Source: an uncultured Desulfarculus sp. (GTDB lineage: Bacteria; Desulfobacterota; Desulfarculia; Desulfarculales; Desulfarculaceae). From it: a stretch of 64,000 bases of DNA. The translations under genes and the position numbers were made by a program. How positions within the stretch are numbered: the stretch's first letter is position 1; each line of letters starts with the position of its first letter. The notes below the pieces were generated by a model. That model had not been told where the DNA came from and made no database searches. It saw only the letters and a program-made list of their open reading frames with translations. The DNA lies in NCBI GenBank assembly GCA_963665125.2, contig CAXXUK010000002.1, positions 1,024,001-1,088,000 on the forward strand, in the 5' to 3' direction. Positions 19,504 through 32,548 of the stretch are shown here, piece by piece.

Positions 19504-20484
19504 TTAGCGGAAGGGCCAGTTGCGGAAATAAAGCCTGATTTTCAGCCAGCGCCCGGCCAGGCCGCCCGGCTCGAAGATGAGCACGATCATGATCGTCACG
19601 CCGAATATCAGCGGCACCAGTTCCTTGTATTCGCTGAAAAAGTGCGGGATCAGGATCACGAAGGCCGCCCCGAATACGCCGCCTTCGACCATGCCCAGAC
19701 CGCCGACGATCACCGCCACCAGAAAGTCGATGGTCTTTTCAAAGGTGAACATGTTGGGCTCCAGATAGCCCAGCAGCAGGGCGTAGAGGCCGCCCTGGAC
19801 GCCCACGTAAAAGGAGCTTATGGCAAAGCTCAGCAGTTTGTAGCGGGTCTGGTTCACGCCCAGGACTTCGGCGGCGATGTCATTGTCGCGGATGGCGATA
19901 AAGGCCCGGCCCACGAATGATTCCACCAGGTTGTAGGTCAAAAGGACGAAGATGCAGGCCAGGATCAGGTTGAAGTAGAAATACGTCTGGCCCTGGGTAA
20001 GGCCGAACCAGGGCTCGATCTTGCTGATGGTCATGCCCATGCGGCCGCCGCTGAGGGCCGGCACGTTGACGAAGATCTGGTATACGGCGATGCCGAAGCC
20101 CATGGTGGCGATGGCCAGGTAAGGCCCCTTGAGCCGCAGGGATGGGAAGCCCACCAAGATGCCGAAGAGCCCGGCCATGAGCCCGGCCCCCATCAAAGAC
20201 AAAGGCCAGGGCAAGCCCCAATGCATCATGTGGCCGAAGGTGAAGGCGCCGATGGCCAGAAAACCGGCCTGGCCAAAGCTGATTTGGCCGGTGAAGCCGA
20301 TGAGCAGGTTTTGGCCCACCACGCCGATGGCGTATATGGCCACCACGGTGCCCAGATAGACGATGTGGTCCGCCGCGTACAGCGGCAGGCAAAACACGGC
20401 GACCAGGAAAGCCAGCACCCCGACCTTGGTCCATGTCTTGCGGAAAAGCTGTAGTTCTTCGCGATAGCTTTCAACAAGGTCCAT
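19504..20484 (-). CDS. HAAT-family ABC transporter permease (LivM-like)
   Basis: GFTGQISFGQAGF, LKGPYLAIATMGF, GRAFIAIRDN. Confidence 0.92.
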   Translation of the reverse strand: MDLVESYREELQLFRKTWTKVGVLAFLVAVFCLPLYAADHIVYLGTVVAIYAIGVVGQNLLIGFTGQISFGQAGFLAIGAFTFGHMMHWGLPWPLSLMGAGLMAGLFGILVGFPSLRLKGPYLAIATMGFGIAVYQIFVNVPALSGGRMGMTISKIEPWFGLTQGQTYFYFNLILACIFVLLTYNLVESFVGRAFIAIRDNDIAAEVLGVNQTRYKLLSFAISSFYVGVQGGLYALLLGYLEPNMFTFEKTIDFLVAVIVGGLGMVEGGVFGAAFVILIPHFFSEYKELVPLIFGVTIMIVLIFEPGGLAGRWLKIRLYFRNWPFR

Positions 20485-20489
20485 AGGCT

Positions 20490-22304
20490 CTACCCTTTGT
20501 ACATTTCGTCGATGAGATCCGAGTAGCGCTTCTCCAGGGAGCGGCGCTTGACTTTCTTCGTCGGCGTGACATCGCCGTCTTCTTCATAGAAGCGGCGGGG
20601 CAATAGCCGGAATTTCTTGATGGTTTCGACCCTGGCCAGGCTCTTGTTCACATCGTTGATCTCCCGGCCGATCAGTTCGTTGATCTGCTCGTTCTGGGTC
20701 AGATCGGCGAAGGTCGTGAACGGGATGCGATGGTCCTGGGCGTATTTGGTCACGTTGTCCTCGTCGATGAGGATCAGCGCCGAAAGGAACTTGCGCGAGT
20801 CGCCGATGACAATGGCGTCCTGGATGTAGAAGCTGAACTTGAGCTTGTTTTCGATGAAAGAGGGCGTGATGTTTTTGCCGCCGGCGGTGATGATGATGTC
20901 CTTCTTGCGGTCCATGATCTTGACATGGCCGTCGTCGATGGCGCCCACGTCGCCGGTGTGCAACCAGCCGTCTTCATCGACAGTCTCGGCGGTCAGTTCC
21001 GGGGCCTTGTAATAGCCCTTGAACACGGCCGGGCCCCTGGCCAGGATTTCGCCGTCTTCGGCCAGTGCCACCTCCACGCCGTCAATGGCCCGGCCCACGT
21101 AGCCCAGACGCGGCTTTTCCAGGTCCTGCACGGCGATGACGCCGGTGCTTTCGGTCTGGCCGTAGCCTTCGCGCAGGCGCACGCCGATGGCGTTGTACCA
21201 CTCGAACAGCTCCGGCGAGGCCGGGGCCGCGCCGCACACGGCGTATCTGATGCGCTCGAAGCCCAACTGCCGCCGCAAATGGGCCAGCACCAGGTAGTAC
21301 AGTGGCCAGTAGGCCAGGGAAATCAGCGTTTTTTGGCCGGAGCCGTCGGCCGCCTTGACCCACTTGAGGCCTGTTTTCAAGGCAACCCGGTACAGCAGCC
21401 GCTTGAGGATCGTCGAGTCGGCCATCTTGATCTCAACGGCCGAGACGAATTTTTCCCAGATGCGGGGTACGCTGGCGAATACCGTGGGCGAAACCTCCCG
21501 CAGGTTTTGGGAAAGGGTGTCCAGGCTCTCCACGAAGTTGACCGTGCAGCCGCTCCACAGGGACTGGAACAGGCTGATCAGGTTTTCGTAGATATGGGCC
21601 AAAGGCAGATACGACAGCAGCTCGTCCTTGTTGCTGCTGGGCAGGGCCCTGGTGAAGGCGTCGGTGATGGCCAGGATGTTGTTGTGGCTGAGCATGGCGC
21701 CCTTGGGTCTGCCCGTGGTGCCCGAAGTGTAGATGATCATTGCCGTGTCGTCGGGTTTGATGCGCTCCATGCGCCGGTCCACGGCGTCCGGATTTTTGTT
21801 CAGATATTCACGGGCCTTTTCCATGAACTGGTCGTAGAAGATCAGCCGCTCGTGGGTGAAGCCCCACAGGCCCTTGGGGTCCCAAATAATGATGTGCTTG
21901 GCCCCCAGGTCGTCCATGGCATCCATGACCTTGTCCACCTGCTCCTCGTTTTCCACGAAAAGCACGTGGGACTCGGAGTGGTTGACCACATAGGTGATCT
22001 CCTCGGCCGACGACGTGGGGTAGATGCCGGTGGTCACTCCTCCGGCGCTCATGGCCGCCAGATGGCAGATCAGCCACTCCGGGCAGTTGTCGCCCAGGAT
22101 GGACACCTTGCCGCCGGGCGGCAGGCCCAGGGCCAATAGCCCCGCGGCCGCCAGGCGCACCTGCTCGGCGTACTGCTCCCACAGAATATGCTTCCAAATG
22201 CCGCAGTCCTTGTAACGCAGGGCGATGCGGCCTTCCTGGCGCTTGGCCTGGGCGTACAAAAGCTCCGGAACGATCTTGGCCTGATCGGGCGCCCAACTCA
22301 TCAC
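20490..22304 (-). CDS. Long-chain acyl-CoA synthetase-like AMP-binding enzyme
   Basis: YTSGTTGRPKG, YLPLAHIYE, EGYGQTE, WLHTGD, DRKKDIIITAGGKNI. Confidence 0.92.
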   Translation of the reverse strand: MMSWAPDQAKIVPELLYAQAKRQEGRIALRYKDCGIWKHILWEQYAEQVRLAAAGLLALGLPPGGKVSILGDNCPEWLICHLAAMSAGGVTTGIYPTSSAEEITYVVNHSESHVLFVENEEQVDKVMDAMDDLGAKHIIIWDPKGLWGFTHERLIFYDQFMEKAREYLNKNPDAVDRRMERIKPDDTAMIIYTSGTTGRPKGAMLSHNNILAITDAFTRALPSSNKDELLSYLPLAHIYENLISLFQSLWSGCTVNFVESLDTLSQNLREVSPTVFASVPRIWEKFVSAVEIKMADSTILKRLLYRVALKTGLKWVKAADGSGQKTLISLAYWPLYYLVLAHLRRQLGFERIRYAVCGAAPASPELFEWYNAIGVRLREGYGQTESTGVIAVQDLEKPRLGYVGRAIDGVEVALAEDGEILARGPAVFKGYYKAPELTAETVDEDGWLHTGDVGAIDDGHVKIMDRKKDIIITAGGKNITPSFIENKLKFSFYIQDAIVIGDSRKFLSALILIDEDNVTKYAQDHRIPFTTFADLTQNEQINELIGREINDVNKSLARVETIKKFRLLPRRFYEEDGDVTPTKKVKRRSLEKRYSDLIDEMYKG

Positions 22305-23113
22305 CAGGTCCTCCGTTTTTTGTAGAGCCTCCAGCCCTTGGCCGGGGTGTCCTCGCCGCCCATGCCCAGGTACAGCTCCTGCACGTCCTCGTTGGCCTGG
22401 AGCTGTTCCGATGTGCCTTCCAGGACGATGCGCCCGGCCTCCATGATGTAGCCGTAGTCGGCGATGCCCAGGGCCAGCTTGGCGTTTTGCTCCACCAACA
22501 GGATCGTGGTGCCGCGCTGGGAGATTTTTTCCAAGGCGCCGTAGACGTCCTTGGCCACCAGGGGGGCCAGGCCCAGGGAGGGTTCGTCGAGCATAAGCAG
22601 CTTGGGCCGCCGCAGCATGGCCCTTGCCACGGCCAGCATCTGCTGCTGCCCGCCGCTCATGGTCTCGGCCTGCTGCTTGGAACGCTCGGCCAGGATGGGG
22701 AACAGCTCATAGACATAGTCCAGATCGTCCTTTACCTCCTTGCCCTTGCGGCCCCAGCAGCCCAGGTCCAGGTTTTCCTTGACGGTCAGTTCCCGGAACA
22801 GGCCACGGTCCTCGGGCACGTAGACGATGCCCAGGCCGGAGATGCGCTCAGGAGCCCGGCGCTGGATGGCCTTGCCCTCGAACTCGATGATGCCTTTTTT
22901 GGGCTGGTCCTTGAGAAGACCGGCGATGGTCTTCAGCAGGGTCGTCTTGCCCGCGCCGTTGGGACCCAACACGGCGAAAATCTGGCCCGGCCGCACATCC
23001 ATGGACAGGCCGTGCAGGGCGTAGATTCTGTCGAAATACAGGGTTTCCACGTTGGCCACACGCAACAGCGCAGCGGCGGAGGAAACCGTACTGGATGCTG
23101 CCTTGTCGTTCAT
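22301..23113 (-). CDS. ABC transporter ATP-binding protein (LivF-like)
   Basis: GPNGAGKT, MSGGQQQM, LDEPSLGLAP, LVEQN; start estimated. Confidence 0.93.
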   Translation of the reverse strand: MNDKAASSTVSSAAALLRVANVETLYFDRIYALHGLSMDVRPGQIFAVLGPNGAGKTTLLKTIAGLLKDQPKKGIIEFEGKAIQRRAPERISGLGIVYVPEDRGLFRELTVKENLDLGCWGRKGKEVKDDLDYVYELFPILAERSKQQAETMSGGQQQMLAVARAMLRRPKLLMLDEPSLGLAPLVAKDVYGALEKISQRGTTILLVEQNAKLALGIADYGYIMEAGRIVLEGTSEQLQANEDVQELYLGMGGEDTPAKGWRLYKKRRTW

Positions 23114-23156
23114 GGTTCGCCTCTCGATACCGGAATCATCGCTGCCATCAAAGCGC

Positions 23157-23909
23157 TTATTCTTCTCCAAGGTAGGACTTGATCACCTCAGGGTTCCTGA
23201 GCACTTCCTCGGGCGTGCCTTCGGCCAATTTGCTGCCGTAGTCGATGGCCACCATGCGGTCGGCCAAGGACGAGGCCACGCGCAGGTCGTGCTCCACCAG
23301 GAGGATCGTCGGCTTAAACCGCCCCCGGATCTCGTTGATCAGGTAGGCGGTTTCCTGCTTTTCCTCGGCGGTGAGCCCGCTGATGGGCTCGTCGAGCATC
23401 AACAGACGGGGCTCCAGGGCCAGGGCCCGGCCCACCTCTGCCCGCTTCTGAATGCCGTAGGGGCAGTCGGAGATGCGGGCCTGGCGGTAGGCCTGGAGGT
23501 TGAGGAATTCGATGAGCTCTTCCACCATTTCGCGGTGTTTGAGCTCTTCGCCCCGGCGGCGCAGGACCGCGTCGAGGAAACTTTTTTTAAATTTGACGTG
23601 GCGGCCCAGCATGAGGTTGTCCAGAACCGTCATGTGCATGAACAGGCGCAGGTTCTGGAAGGTGCGGGCGATGCCGCGCTGGGCAACACGGTCGGGGGAG
23701 AGCCCCAAAAGGCTCTCCCCCTGGAATTTGACAGCGCCGGTGTCGGGTTTGTACACGCCGCTGATGCAGTTGAACAGCGTGGTCTTGCCCGAACCGTTGG
23801 GGCCGATAATGGTTAGTATTTCTTCTGGTTCGACGTTTATGTCGATACCCGCCAAAGCCTGTATGCCGCCGAAGCTTATGCCAAGGCCGCGAATCTCGAG
23901 AAGCGACAT
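23157..23909 (-). CDS. ABC transporter ATP-binding protein (LivG-like)
   Basis: GPNGSGKT, IARTFQN, LDEP, VEHD. Confidence 0.93.
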   Translation of the reverse strand: MSLLEIRGLGISFGGIQALAGIDINVEPEEILTIIGPNGSGKTTLFNCISGVYKPDTGAVKFQGESLLGLSPDRVAQRGIARTFQNLRLFMHMTVLDNLMLGRHVKFKKSFLDAVLRRRGEELKHREMVEELIEFLNLQAYRQARISDCPYGIQKRAEVGRALALEPRLLMLDEPISGLTAEEKQETAYLINEIRGRFKPTILLVEHDLRVASSLADRMVAIDYGSKLAEGTPEEVLRNPEVIKSYLGEE

Positions 23910-23919
23910 ATAACGTTCC

Positions 23920-25113
23920 CTAGAACCGCGGTGCGAAAACCTTGAAGTCGGCGATCGGCTGTATCTTGCCGTCCTTTGCCTGGCTCATGCGCACGGCGTT
24001 GAGGCCGTGGTGCCTGTCCGGGCTGTAGGTTACAGGCGAGCCCATGCCTTCGGGCTTCCAGTCCTTGATTTGCTCCAACCCGGACATCAGGCTGCTGCGG
24101 GTCAGGTCCTTGCCGGCCAGCTCCAGGCCCTTGGCCAGGTGCATCATGGACACCGCGCCGAAAACGGCCAGGTATTCACGGCCCTTGAGCTTGGGGTCGT
24201 ATTGCAGCAGGATTTCCGCCACCTTGTCCGCGGCGGGATCCACGCCGGGCATGCTCATCTGGCCGGCGGCCGAGATGTAGGTTCCATCCCAATTCTTGCC
24301 GGCGATCTTGTACATGATCGGGTCGCCGACGGTGAAATTGGTCATCACCCTGGGCACGTAGCCGACCTTGGCCATGGCCTTGACGATCAGGGCCGAGTGG
24401 GTCGGCGATGCGGTGATGATCACCGTGTCGGCGCCGGATTCCTTGAGCTTCAGGGCGTGGGTGCCCATGGCCCGTTCGGTTACCTCATATGGCACCGAAG
24501 CCACCAGTTCGGCCTTGCCGCCCAGTTCCTTGATGGCCTTTTGGATGCCCAGGGCCGCGCCGTGGCCAAAGTCGTCGTTCTGGTAGAAGTGGGCGATCTT
24601 TTTGGCGCCGAGGTTTTCCACGCCATAGACGGTCAAATACTCGTTTTCATCCTCATAGTCCGGATAAACGATGTAGTACCACTTCTGCTTGTCCTTGGGC
24701 AGATCGGCCCAGATGCGCACGTTGCCATATGCGGTGACCAGGGGAATCTGGTTGTCCGGGAAGAAATCCTTGGACGCGCTGCATGGGGCCGTGCCCAAAA
24801 GAGCGCATATGGCGAAGACGTTGTCCTTCATTTCCTGGAGGTTGGCCATTGACCTGGTGGGGTTGTAGCCGTCGTCCTTGATGACGACCTTGATTTTCCG
24901 GCCGTGGATGCCGCCCTTGTCGTTGATGTAGTCAGCCCAGGCCTTGGCGCCCATGGCGGTTGAGCCCCACAACGCTGCCGGACCGGACAGCGGTGTGCTG
25001 ATACCGATGACGACCTCGTTGTCACTAACGCCGGTTGTTTCCCCGGCCAGGGCCATTGTGGGAACAATCAGAGCCAAAACGAACACAAATAGCATGAATC
25101 GTTTTACAGTCAC
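23920..25113 (-). CDS. ABC transporter substrate-binding protein (LivK-like fold)
   Basis: Signal peptide; PLSGPAA, INDKGGIHGRKI, DDGYNP, YQNDDFG. Confidence 0.92.
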   Translation of the reverse strand: MTVKRFMLFVFVLALIVPTMALAGETTGVSDNEVVIGISTPLSGPAALWGSTAMGAKAWADYINDKGGIHGRKIKVVIKDDGYNPTRSMANLQEMKDNVFAICALLGTAPCSASKDFFPDNQIPLVTAYGNVRIWADLPKDKQKWYYIVYPDYEDENEYLTVYGVENLGAKKIAHFYQNDDFGHGAALGIQKAIKELGGKAELVASVPYEVTERAMGTHALKLKESGADTVIITASPTHSALIVKAMAKVGYVPRVMTNFTVGDPIMYKIAGKNWDGTYISAAGQMSMPGVDPAADKVAEILLQYDPKLKGREYLAVFGAVSMMHLAKGLELAGKDLTRSSLMSGLEQIKDWKPEGMGSPVTYSPDRHHGLNAVRMSQAKDGKIQPIADFKVFAPRF

Positions 25114-25440
25114 TGCCTCACCCTCCTGAACCTGAGTAAGGTTTATATGGACAATCTCGCCGTTTGCGCCGGGTGTCGGCCGCGGCGCAAACGGATTAGC
25201 CTTTACCGGTATTCAAGTGGTTGCCGTAAGACCGTGATTGCGGCAACCCAACAGTGCTGTACAACGTGGTTGATTTGTTCTGCCCGCTCCAATTGTGATT
25301 GATCGACGGATGCTATGTGCTATGTGGCGCTTTGGCCTTGGGCCATGGCCTAATGTTTAATTGCCTTGTAGGTGATTGTAGTAATATCGCCCCATTGGGT
25401 GTCAAGGGTAAATCTTGCCGAAATTGCTAAGGATTTATTT

Positions 25441-25609
25441 CACTAATCTTGTTGCTAAAGGACGCCCCGGCCTTTTGTAACCGCTGTTTGGTAAAACATT
25501 GTTTTGCCAACCGGCTCAATTTGCTTGCCTTTACAATACCGCGTAAATTGGCGGGCCGTCATGGAGGAGTCATTGGCCCGCTTGGCGGATCGTGCCTCAA
25601 CGGCATATA
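25441..25609 (+). repeat. Degenerate copy C of the multi-hairpin repeat
   Basis: Starts CACTA; colinear with copy B (gctcaatttgcttg, aaattggcgggccgtc...tggcccgc); hairpins 1-4 recognisable. Confidence 0.65.
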
Positions 25610-25713
25610 AAAAGCGAAACAACCGCCCGATCCGGAAGACGTACGGAATCTTTGTTATTGGTTTGTTGTATGATTTTAACGGTGAAGGGCTCCCTATCCG
25701 GGAGCCCTGATGA

Positions 25714-28236
<2,523 letters not shown>

Positions 28237-28275
28237 GTCACTCGTCTGTATCGGCTCCGGGCCCGGGCCCGGCAG

Positions 28276-28767
28276 CTATGTATGTTTGCTCATGACCACG
28301 CAGGCCATGGACTCGTTATCGTTTAAGGCAAAAGCATCCTTGCGCTGCACAGTGTAACCCATTGCCTCGTAAAAACCTTGGGCATTTAGCGAAGCATTGA
28401 GCAGAAAACCGTCATGACCGCCGGCTCGGCCGATTTGCTCCAGGCCCTGGACCAGTTGGCGGCCGACACTGTGACCCGCCGCGTCGGGCCTTACATATAC
28501 CGCCCGGATCTCATTGCCGAGGATGATGCCGAAGCCAAGGAGCGAATCACCGGATTGGGCCACCAGGCATTCGGCTCCTTCGGCGGGCAGTTGCTTCAAC
28601 AAGACCTTCGGCTTCATGCCGCCAGTCCACAATTCAATCTGGCGCGGGGTGTAACAGTCTGCGGCCAGGCCAGTAACGGACAGAAAATGGACACGGCAAA
28701 TCTCTTCGGCATCTTCAGGGAGCGCGTTTCTGACAATGACCGGTTTTTTGGCGTTGCCGTCCATCAT
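28276..28767 (-). CDS. GNAT acetyltransferase
   Basis: AVYVRPDAAGHSVGRQLV, ASLNAQGFYEAMGY. Confidence 0.87.
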   Translation of the reverse strand: MMDGNAKKPVIVRNALPEDAEEICRVHFLSVTGLAADCYTPRQIELWTGGMKPKVLLKQLPAEGAECLVAQSGDSLLGFGIILGNEIRAVYVRPDAAGHSVGRQLVQGLEQIGRAGGHDGFLLNASLNAQGFYEAMGYTVQRKDAFALNDNESMACVVMSKHT

Positions 28768-28901
28768 GCCAAGATAAGACCGGATTGCCTTGAGTGCAAG
28801 TTTCGATTGAGTAACACATTGGAGTCGTTGACCGGTGGCGTCCGTTGGTGGCCCAGCTGCGTAATGCGGAAGAAACAGCGGACGGCGCGACGCCCCCCCC
28901 C

Positions 28902-28934
28902 AAAAAAAAAGCTCCCGGCGCCGGCGCCGGGAGC
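28902..28934 (-). terminator. Rho-independent terminator after the M23 gene
   Basis: GCTCCCGGCG-N4-CGCCGGGAGC followed by T9 on the minus strand. Confidence 0.85.
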
Positions 28935-28953
28935 GGATGTGAACCGGGGTAAT

Positions 28954-29862
28954 TTAGTCGAGGATGTAATAGCGCGGATTGGTGGGCACGCCTGACAACA
29001 GAACTTCATAGTGCAGGTGCGGACCCGTGGAGCGGCCGCTGTTGCCGAGCAGGGCTATGACATCCCCCCGCTTGACCTTTTGCCCAACCTTTACGTCGTA
29101 TTTGTTCAGGTGGGCATAGCGGGTGACGATGCCGTGGCCGTGATTGATGACAAGCATCTTGCCGAAACCGCCCTGGACCCCCCGGAAGGTGACCACGCCG
29201 TCGGCCGGGGCTATGACGGGGGTTTTCATGCGGGAGGAAATGTCAATGCCGGCATGGAAGGCCTTCTTGCCTGTAAAGGGCGAAATCCGGTAGCCGAAAC
29301 CGCTGGTGACCCAGCCGTGTACGGGCCAGATCGAAGGAGTCGCTGCCAGCACCGAGCGCCGTTCTTGGAGAAACTTGGCCAGTTCCCTTTGCACTTCGCG
29401 CTGAAGCTCGGCTTCGGTGACCAGTTGGTCCAGGTCTCGCCGCATGTACTGTATGCGGCGCTCGTGGGTGCTGGAGCTGACCTGCAGGCCCAATCCGGCG
29501 CTGTCGGTGTCCGGGCCGCCCACGCCGAATGCTTCATCGTCGCTGGAAGGTTTTTCCAGGTTGGCCAGGATGCGCAGCCGCTTGTTGAATTGCTTGAGCT
29601 GCGTCATCTGGTCTTTCAGCAGACCCAGATCACGGTAAAACGACTCGACCTGGGCTTCCTGGCGGTCGGTTTGTCGTTGGAGCGCTTGAATATTTGGCAG
29701 GTTTTTACAGACCGATTGATATTGGTGGAACCAATAACCAGCCATGCCGACGGCCGAAAATAGAATCACGAACAACAGCGGGAAAGCCAGACGGGGCATG
29801 GTGATCCGTTTGACTTTGTGCGCACCTTCGGGGATTAGCAATACAGTGAATTTTTTGAACAC
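28954..29862 (-). CDS. M23 metallopeptidase with TM and coiled coil
   Basis: TPSIWP, HAGIDI, YAHL, GRSTGPHLHYEV; GTG start after GGAG. Confidence 0.93.
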   Translation of the reverse strand: MFKKFTVLLIPEGAHKVKRITMPRLAFPLLFVILFSAVGMAGYWFHQYQSVCKNLPNIQALQRQTDRQEAQVESFYRDLGLLKDQMTQLKQFNKRLRILANLEKPSSDDEAFGVGGPDTDSAGLGLQVSSSTHERRIQYMRRDLDQLVTEAELQREVQRELAKFLQERRSVLAATPSIWPVHGWVTSGFGYRISPFTGKKAFHAGIDISSRMKTPVIAPADGVVTFRGVQGGFGKMLVINHGHGIVTRYAHLNKYDVKVGQKVKRGDVIALLGNSGRSTGPHLHYEVLLSGVPTNPRYYILD

Positions 29863-29986
29863 GGTGCTCCTACAGCAAGACAGCATCGTTAAGACCGCAT
29901 GCCGGAAACAGGACCGGCTTGGGGTCCAATATCATACAAATAATAGCCGAGTCAACTAAGATCAGCGCCATGGGTAAATGGCCGGT

Positions 29987-31330
29987 TTATGGTCCGCTGA
30001 CAGAAACGTCCTTCACCAGCACGGTGGGCGAGCCGCTACGGCCAAACATGCGCAGATCGGCGCCAACGGCTTCGACCTTATTGAAGAGATCCAAAATCTG
30101 TCCGGCAATGGCGATGGACTTCACCGGCCGCACGATTCGGCCTTTTTGCACCAGATGTCCGGACGCGCCCAATGAGAACTCGCCTGTGACCGGGTCGGCC
30201 GTATGGGCCCCCAGGATATAGCTGATGATGAGTCCGTTGCTCATCTGCTCAACCAGGGAGTTTTGGTCTCCGCCGCCCGGCGCTATGTGCAGGTTGGTGA
30301 AGCCCACGCCGGGAGGGCCCTTGAGGGAGGGCCTGACGGCGTTGCCGGTGCTTAGCGTTCCGGTGCGGCCGGCCCAGAGCCTGTCATAGACATAGCCCCG
30401 CAAAATGCCCTGTTCAAACAAAACCGTGCGGCTTTGGGCCGTGCCTTCGTCGTCAAAGGGCGCCGAACCAAGTCCCCGGGGCATCAGGCCATCATCGACG
30501 ATGGTTACCAGCGGCGAGACAAGCTTATGGCCGATCTTTCCCGCCAAAAGCGAGCGGCCCTTGGCCACATTGTCGCCCATTAGGCCGTCGGCCAGAATGT
30601 CGAGGAACTCGGCTGCCACGTCACGGGTAAAGACAACGTTATACAGGCCGTCCTGTACGGGCTTGGCCCCCAGATAGGCCGCGGCCTTTTGTCCGGCTTC
30701 GATTCCGATGGCCCGTTCGTCAATGTCCTCCAGAAAACAGGCCGAGCGGCTTTCCCAGCCCATTTCCTGCTCGCCGTCGTAGGAGGCAACCGCAGCCGCT
30801 CCGGCCGAGACCCTGGTGGCCGCGTCGCACAACTCCAGGCCGTGGCTGTTGCATAAAAAAACCCTGGAAACCAGGGAAGACACCTCCGCCGGATGAACAT
30901 GTACCACGCGCTTATCGGCGCTCAGGGCCGCCGAGGCCAGGCGTTCGGCCCGGCGGATCATGTTGGCCACATTGTCTCGGGCCACCTCTGGGTCGTAGGT
31001 TTCCAAGAGGATTTCCGGCGGAGCGGTTTCTGGGAAGGTTAGGGCTGGCTCGGGATCGGCCGCCCTGCTGGAGGCCAGGGCCTGCTCCACGGCCGAGATG
31101 ATGTCACGCTCGTTTTCCGCGCCGTAGATGTATGAAAAGCCCGGCCGGTGGTCCTTGACCAGCCTGATGGCCAGGCCCAGGCTTTCCGACGCCTGGTGTT
31201 TGTCAACCTCACCTTCGCGCACTCCCACGGTGACGCTCTTGGATTTTGAGGCCATTATTTCCCATTGCTCGGCGCCGGATTTCTCAAGGGCGATCCTAGC
31301 CCGATCCACTTCCCCTCGGAGCTTTTCCAT
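29987..31330 (-). CDS. pmbA: TldE/PmbA family protein
   Basis: SAPFDDEG, STGNA, GEFSL, IAIAG; no HExxH. Confidence 0.87.
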   Translation of the reverse strand: MEKLRGEVDRARIALEKSGAEQWEIMASKSKSVTVGVREGEVDKHQASESLGLAIRLVKDHRPGFSYIYGAENERDIISAVEQALASSRAADPEPALTFPETAPPEILLETYDPEVARDNVANMIRRAERLASAALSADKRVVHVHPAEVSSLVSRVFLCNSHGLELCDAATRVSAGAAAVASYDGEQEMGWESRSACFLEDIDERAIGIEAGQKAAAYLGAKPVQDGLYNVVFTRDVAAEFLDILADGLMGDNVAKGRSLLAGKIGHKLVSPLVTIVDDGLMPRGLGSAPFDDEGTAQSRTVLFEQGILRGYVYDRLWAGRTGTLSTGNAVRPSLKGPPGVGFTNLHIAPGGGDQNSLVEQMSNGLIISYILGAHTADPVTGEFSLGASGHLVQKGRIVRPVKSIAIAGQILDLFNKVEAVGADLRMFGRSGSPTVLVKDVSVSGP

Positions 31331-31336
31331 AGGTCT

Positions 31337-31789
31337 CTACATCTCCAGGAGCATCGCGGTTTCATCACAGTCGGGGAACTTGACGCACTTGATGCAGTCG
31401 GCCCAGATTTTGTTGGGCAGAGTCTGCTTGTCCACCTCTATGAAACCAAGCGATGCGAAAAAGCCGGGACGGTAGGTCAGGGTAAACACATTGTTGAACC
31501 CCAGCGTCAAGGCCTCGGAACAACAGGCCTCCACCAGTTTCGTGCCCCAGCCCCGGCCTTGCTGATCCGATTCAACGGCCAGAGAACGAATCTCGGCCAG
31601 GTTTTCCCAGCACAGGTGCAGTCCACAAACTCCCACGGCGTTTTCTTGAGAGTCTTCGGCGATTAGGAAGTCCCGCAAAAAGTCATAGATCTCGGTCAAG
31701 GGCCTGCCCAGCAACTGGCCCTCGCGGCCATATTGGGCCAAAATGCGGTGAATGAATTGTACGTCTTTTTGACGCGCCCTGCGGATCAT
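31337..31789 (-). CDS. argA: Short amino-acid N-acetyltransferase (N-acetylglutamate synthase-like GNAT)
   Basis: WENLAEIRSLAV, FTLTY..FF, LPNKIWADCIKC..FPDCDE. Confidence 0.8.
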   Translation of the reverse strand: MIRRARQKDVQFIHRILAQYGREGQLLGRPLTEIYDFLRDFLIAEDSQENAVGVCGLHLCWENLAEIRSLAVESDQQGRGWGTKLVEACCSEALTLGFNNVFTLTYRPGFFASLGFIEVDKQTLPNKIWADCIKCVKFPDCDETAMLLEM

Positions 31790-31963
31790 GTCGCGGTCCT
31801 CGTCATGGCTTACAATTTTTCGCAAACAGCGGTCTTTGAGAACAACTGCATGGAATTATATCTGAATAATATGCCATCGGGCGGGTTGTCGCTCACAACC
31901 CGCCTGACAGCATCTACTCATATTATCCCGGAGAAGGGATCAGGTCAAAGCCGCATCGCAGGG

Positions 31964-32404
31964 TTATGCGTTTCCCACGGCTTCCAGGTCCATCAAGGAA
32001 GCGGTATTGCCGGCCTGGTTTGCATCATTGTTGAGAACCATCAGATGATAACGCAGGCCCTCAACCTGGTAGGCGACTTTGGATATGATAAGCCCACGCA
32101 CCAGATAACCGACCGCATATTCCTTGTCAGCCTCAATTTTTTCGAGGTCAATCACCTTTAGCACTTGGTCGACGACTTCCTTGACCAGTTTATGGATTTT
32201 GATCTGCTCATTGGTCAGAGGCGTATTGGGAGACGCTCCCCACACCGCGGGTACGATATAGGTGATTTCATTGGCCAGAAGCGTGGTGCGGTAGTCGCGC
32301 AGGATGCGCGTGCACAGGTTTTCCATCAGCGGTTCGATGACCTTGGCTCTGCTGATCAATTCTTCGGCCGTAAGGGGCTTTTTTTTCCGATTGAAAAGCC
32401 TCAT
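31964..32404 (-). CDS. Hypothetical protein
   Basis: Clean ORF with purine-rich RBS; YIVPAVWG; no recognisable family. Confidence 0.7.
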   Translation of the reverse strand: MRLFNRKKKPLTAEELISRAKVIEPLMENLCTRILRDYRTTLLANEITYIVPAVWGASPNTPLTNEQIKIHKLVKEVVDQVLKVIDLEKIEADKEYAVGYLVRGLIISKVAYQVEGLRYHLMVLNNDANQAGNTASLMDLEAVGNA

Positions 32405-32548
32405 GATGCAACCCCTTTCCGCAACGAATCGCAATGTTGATGAGAATCGCGGTTGCGGAGTGTTGGTTATACAGATAATTCCTATCCAACAAAAATTATA
32501 TCAGTAATGGGGTATTTGACCATACGATAATGTTTGTTAAAAAGTGAT

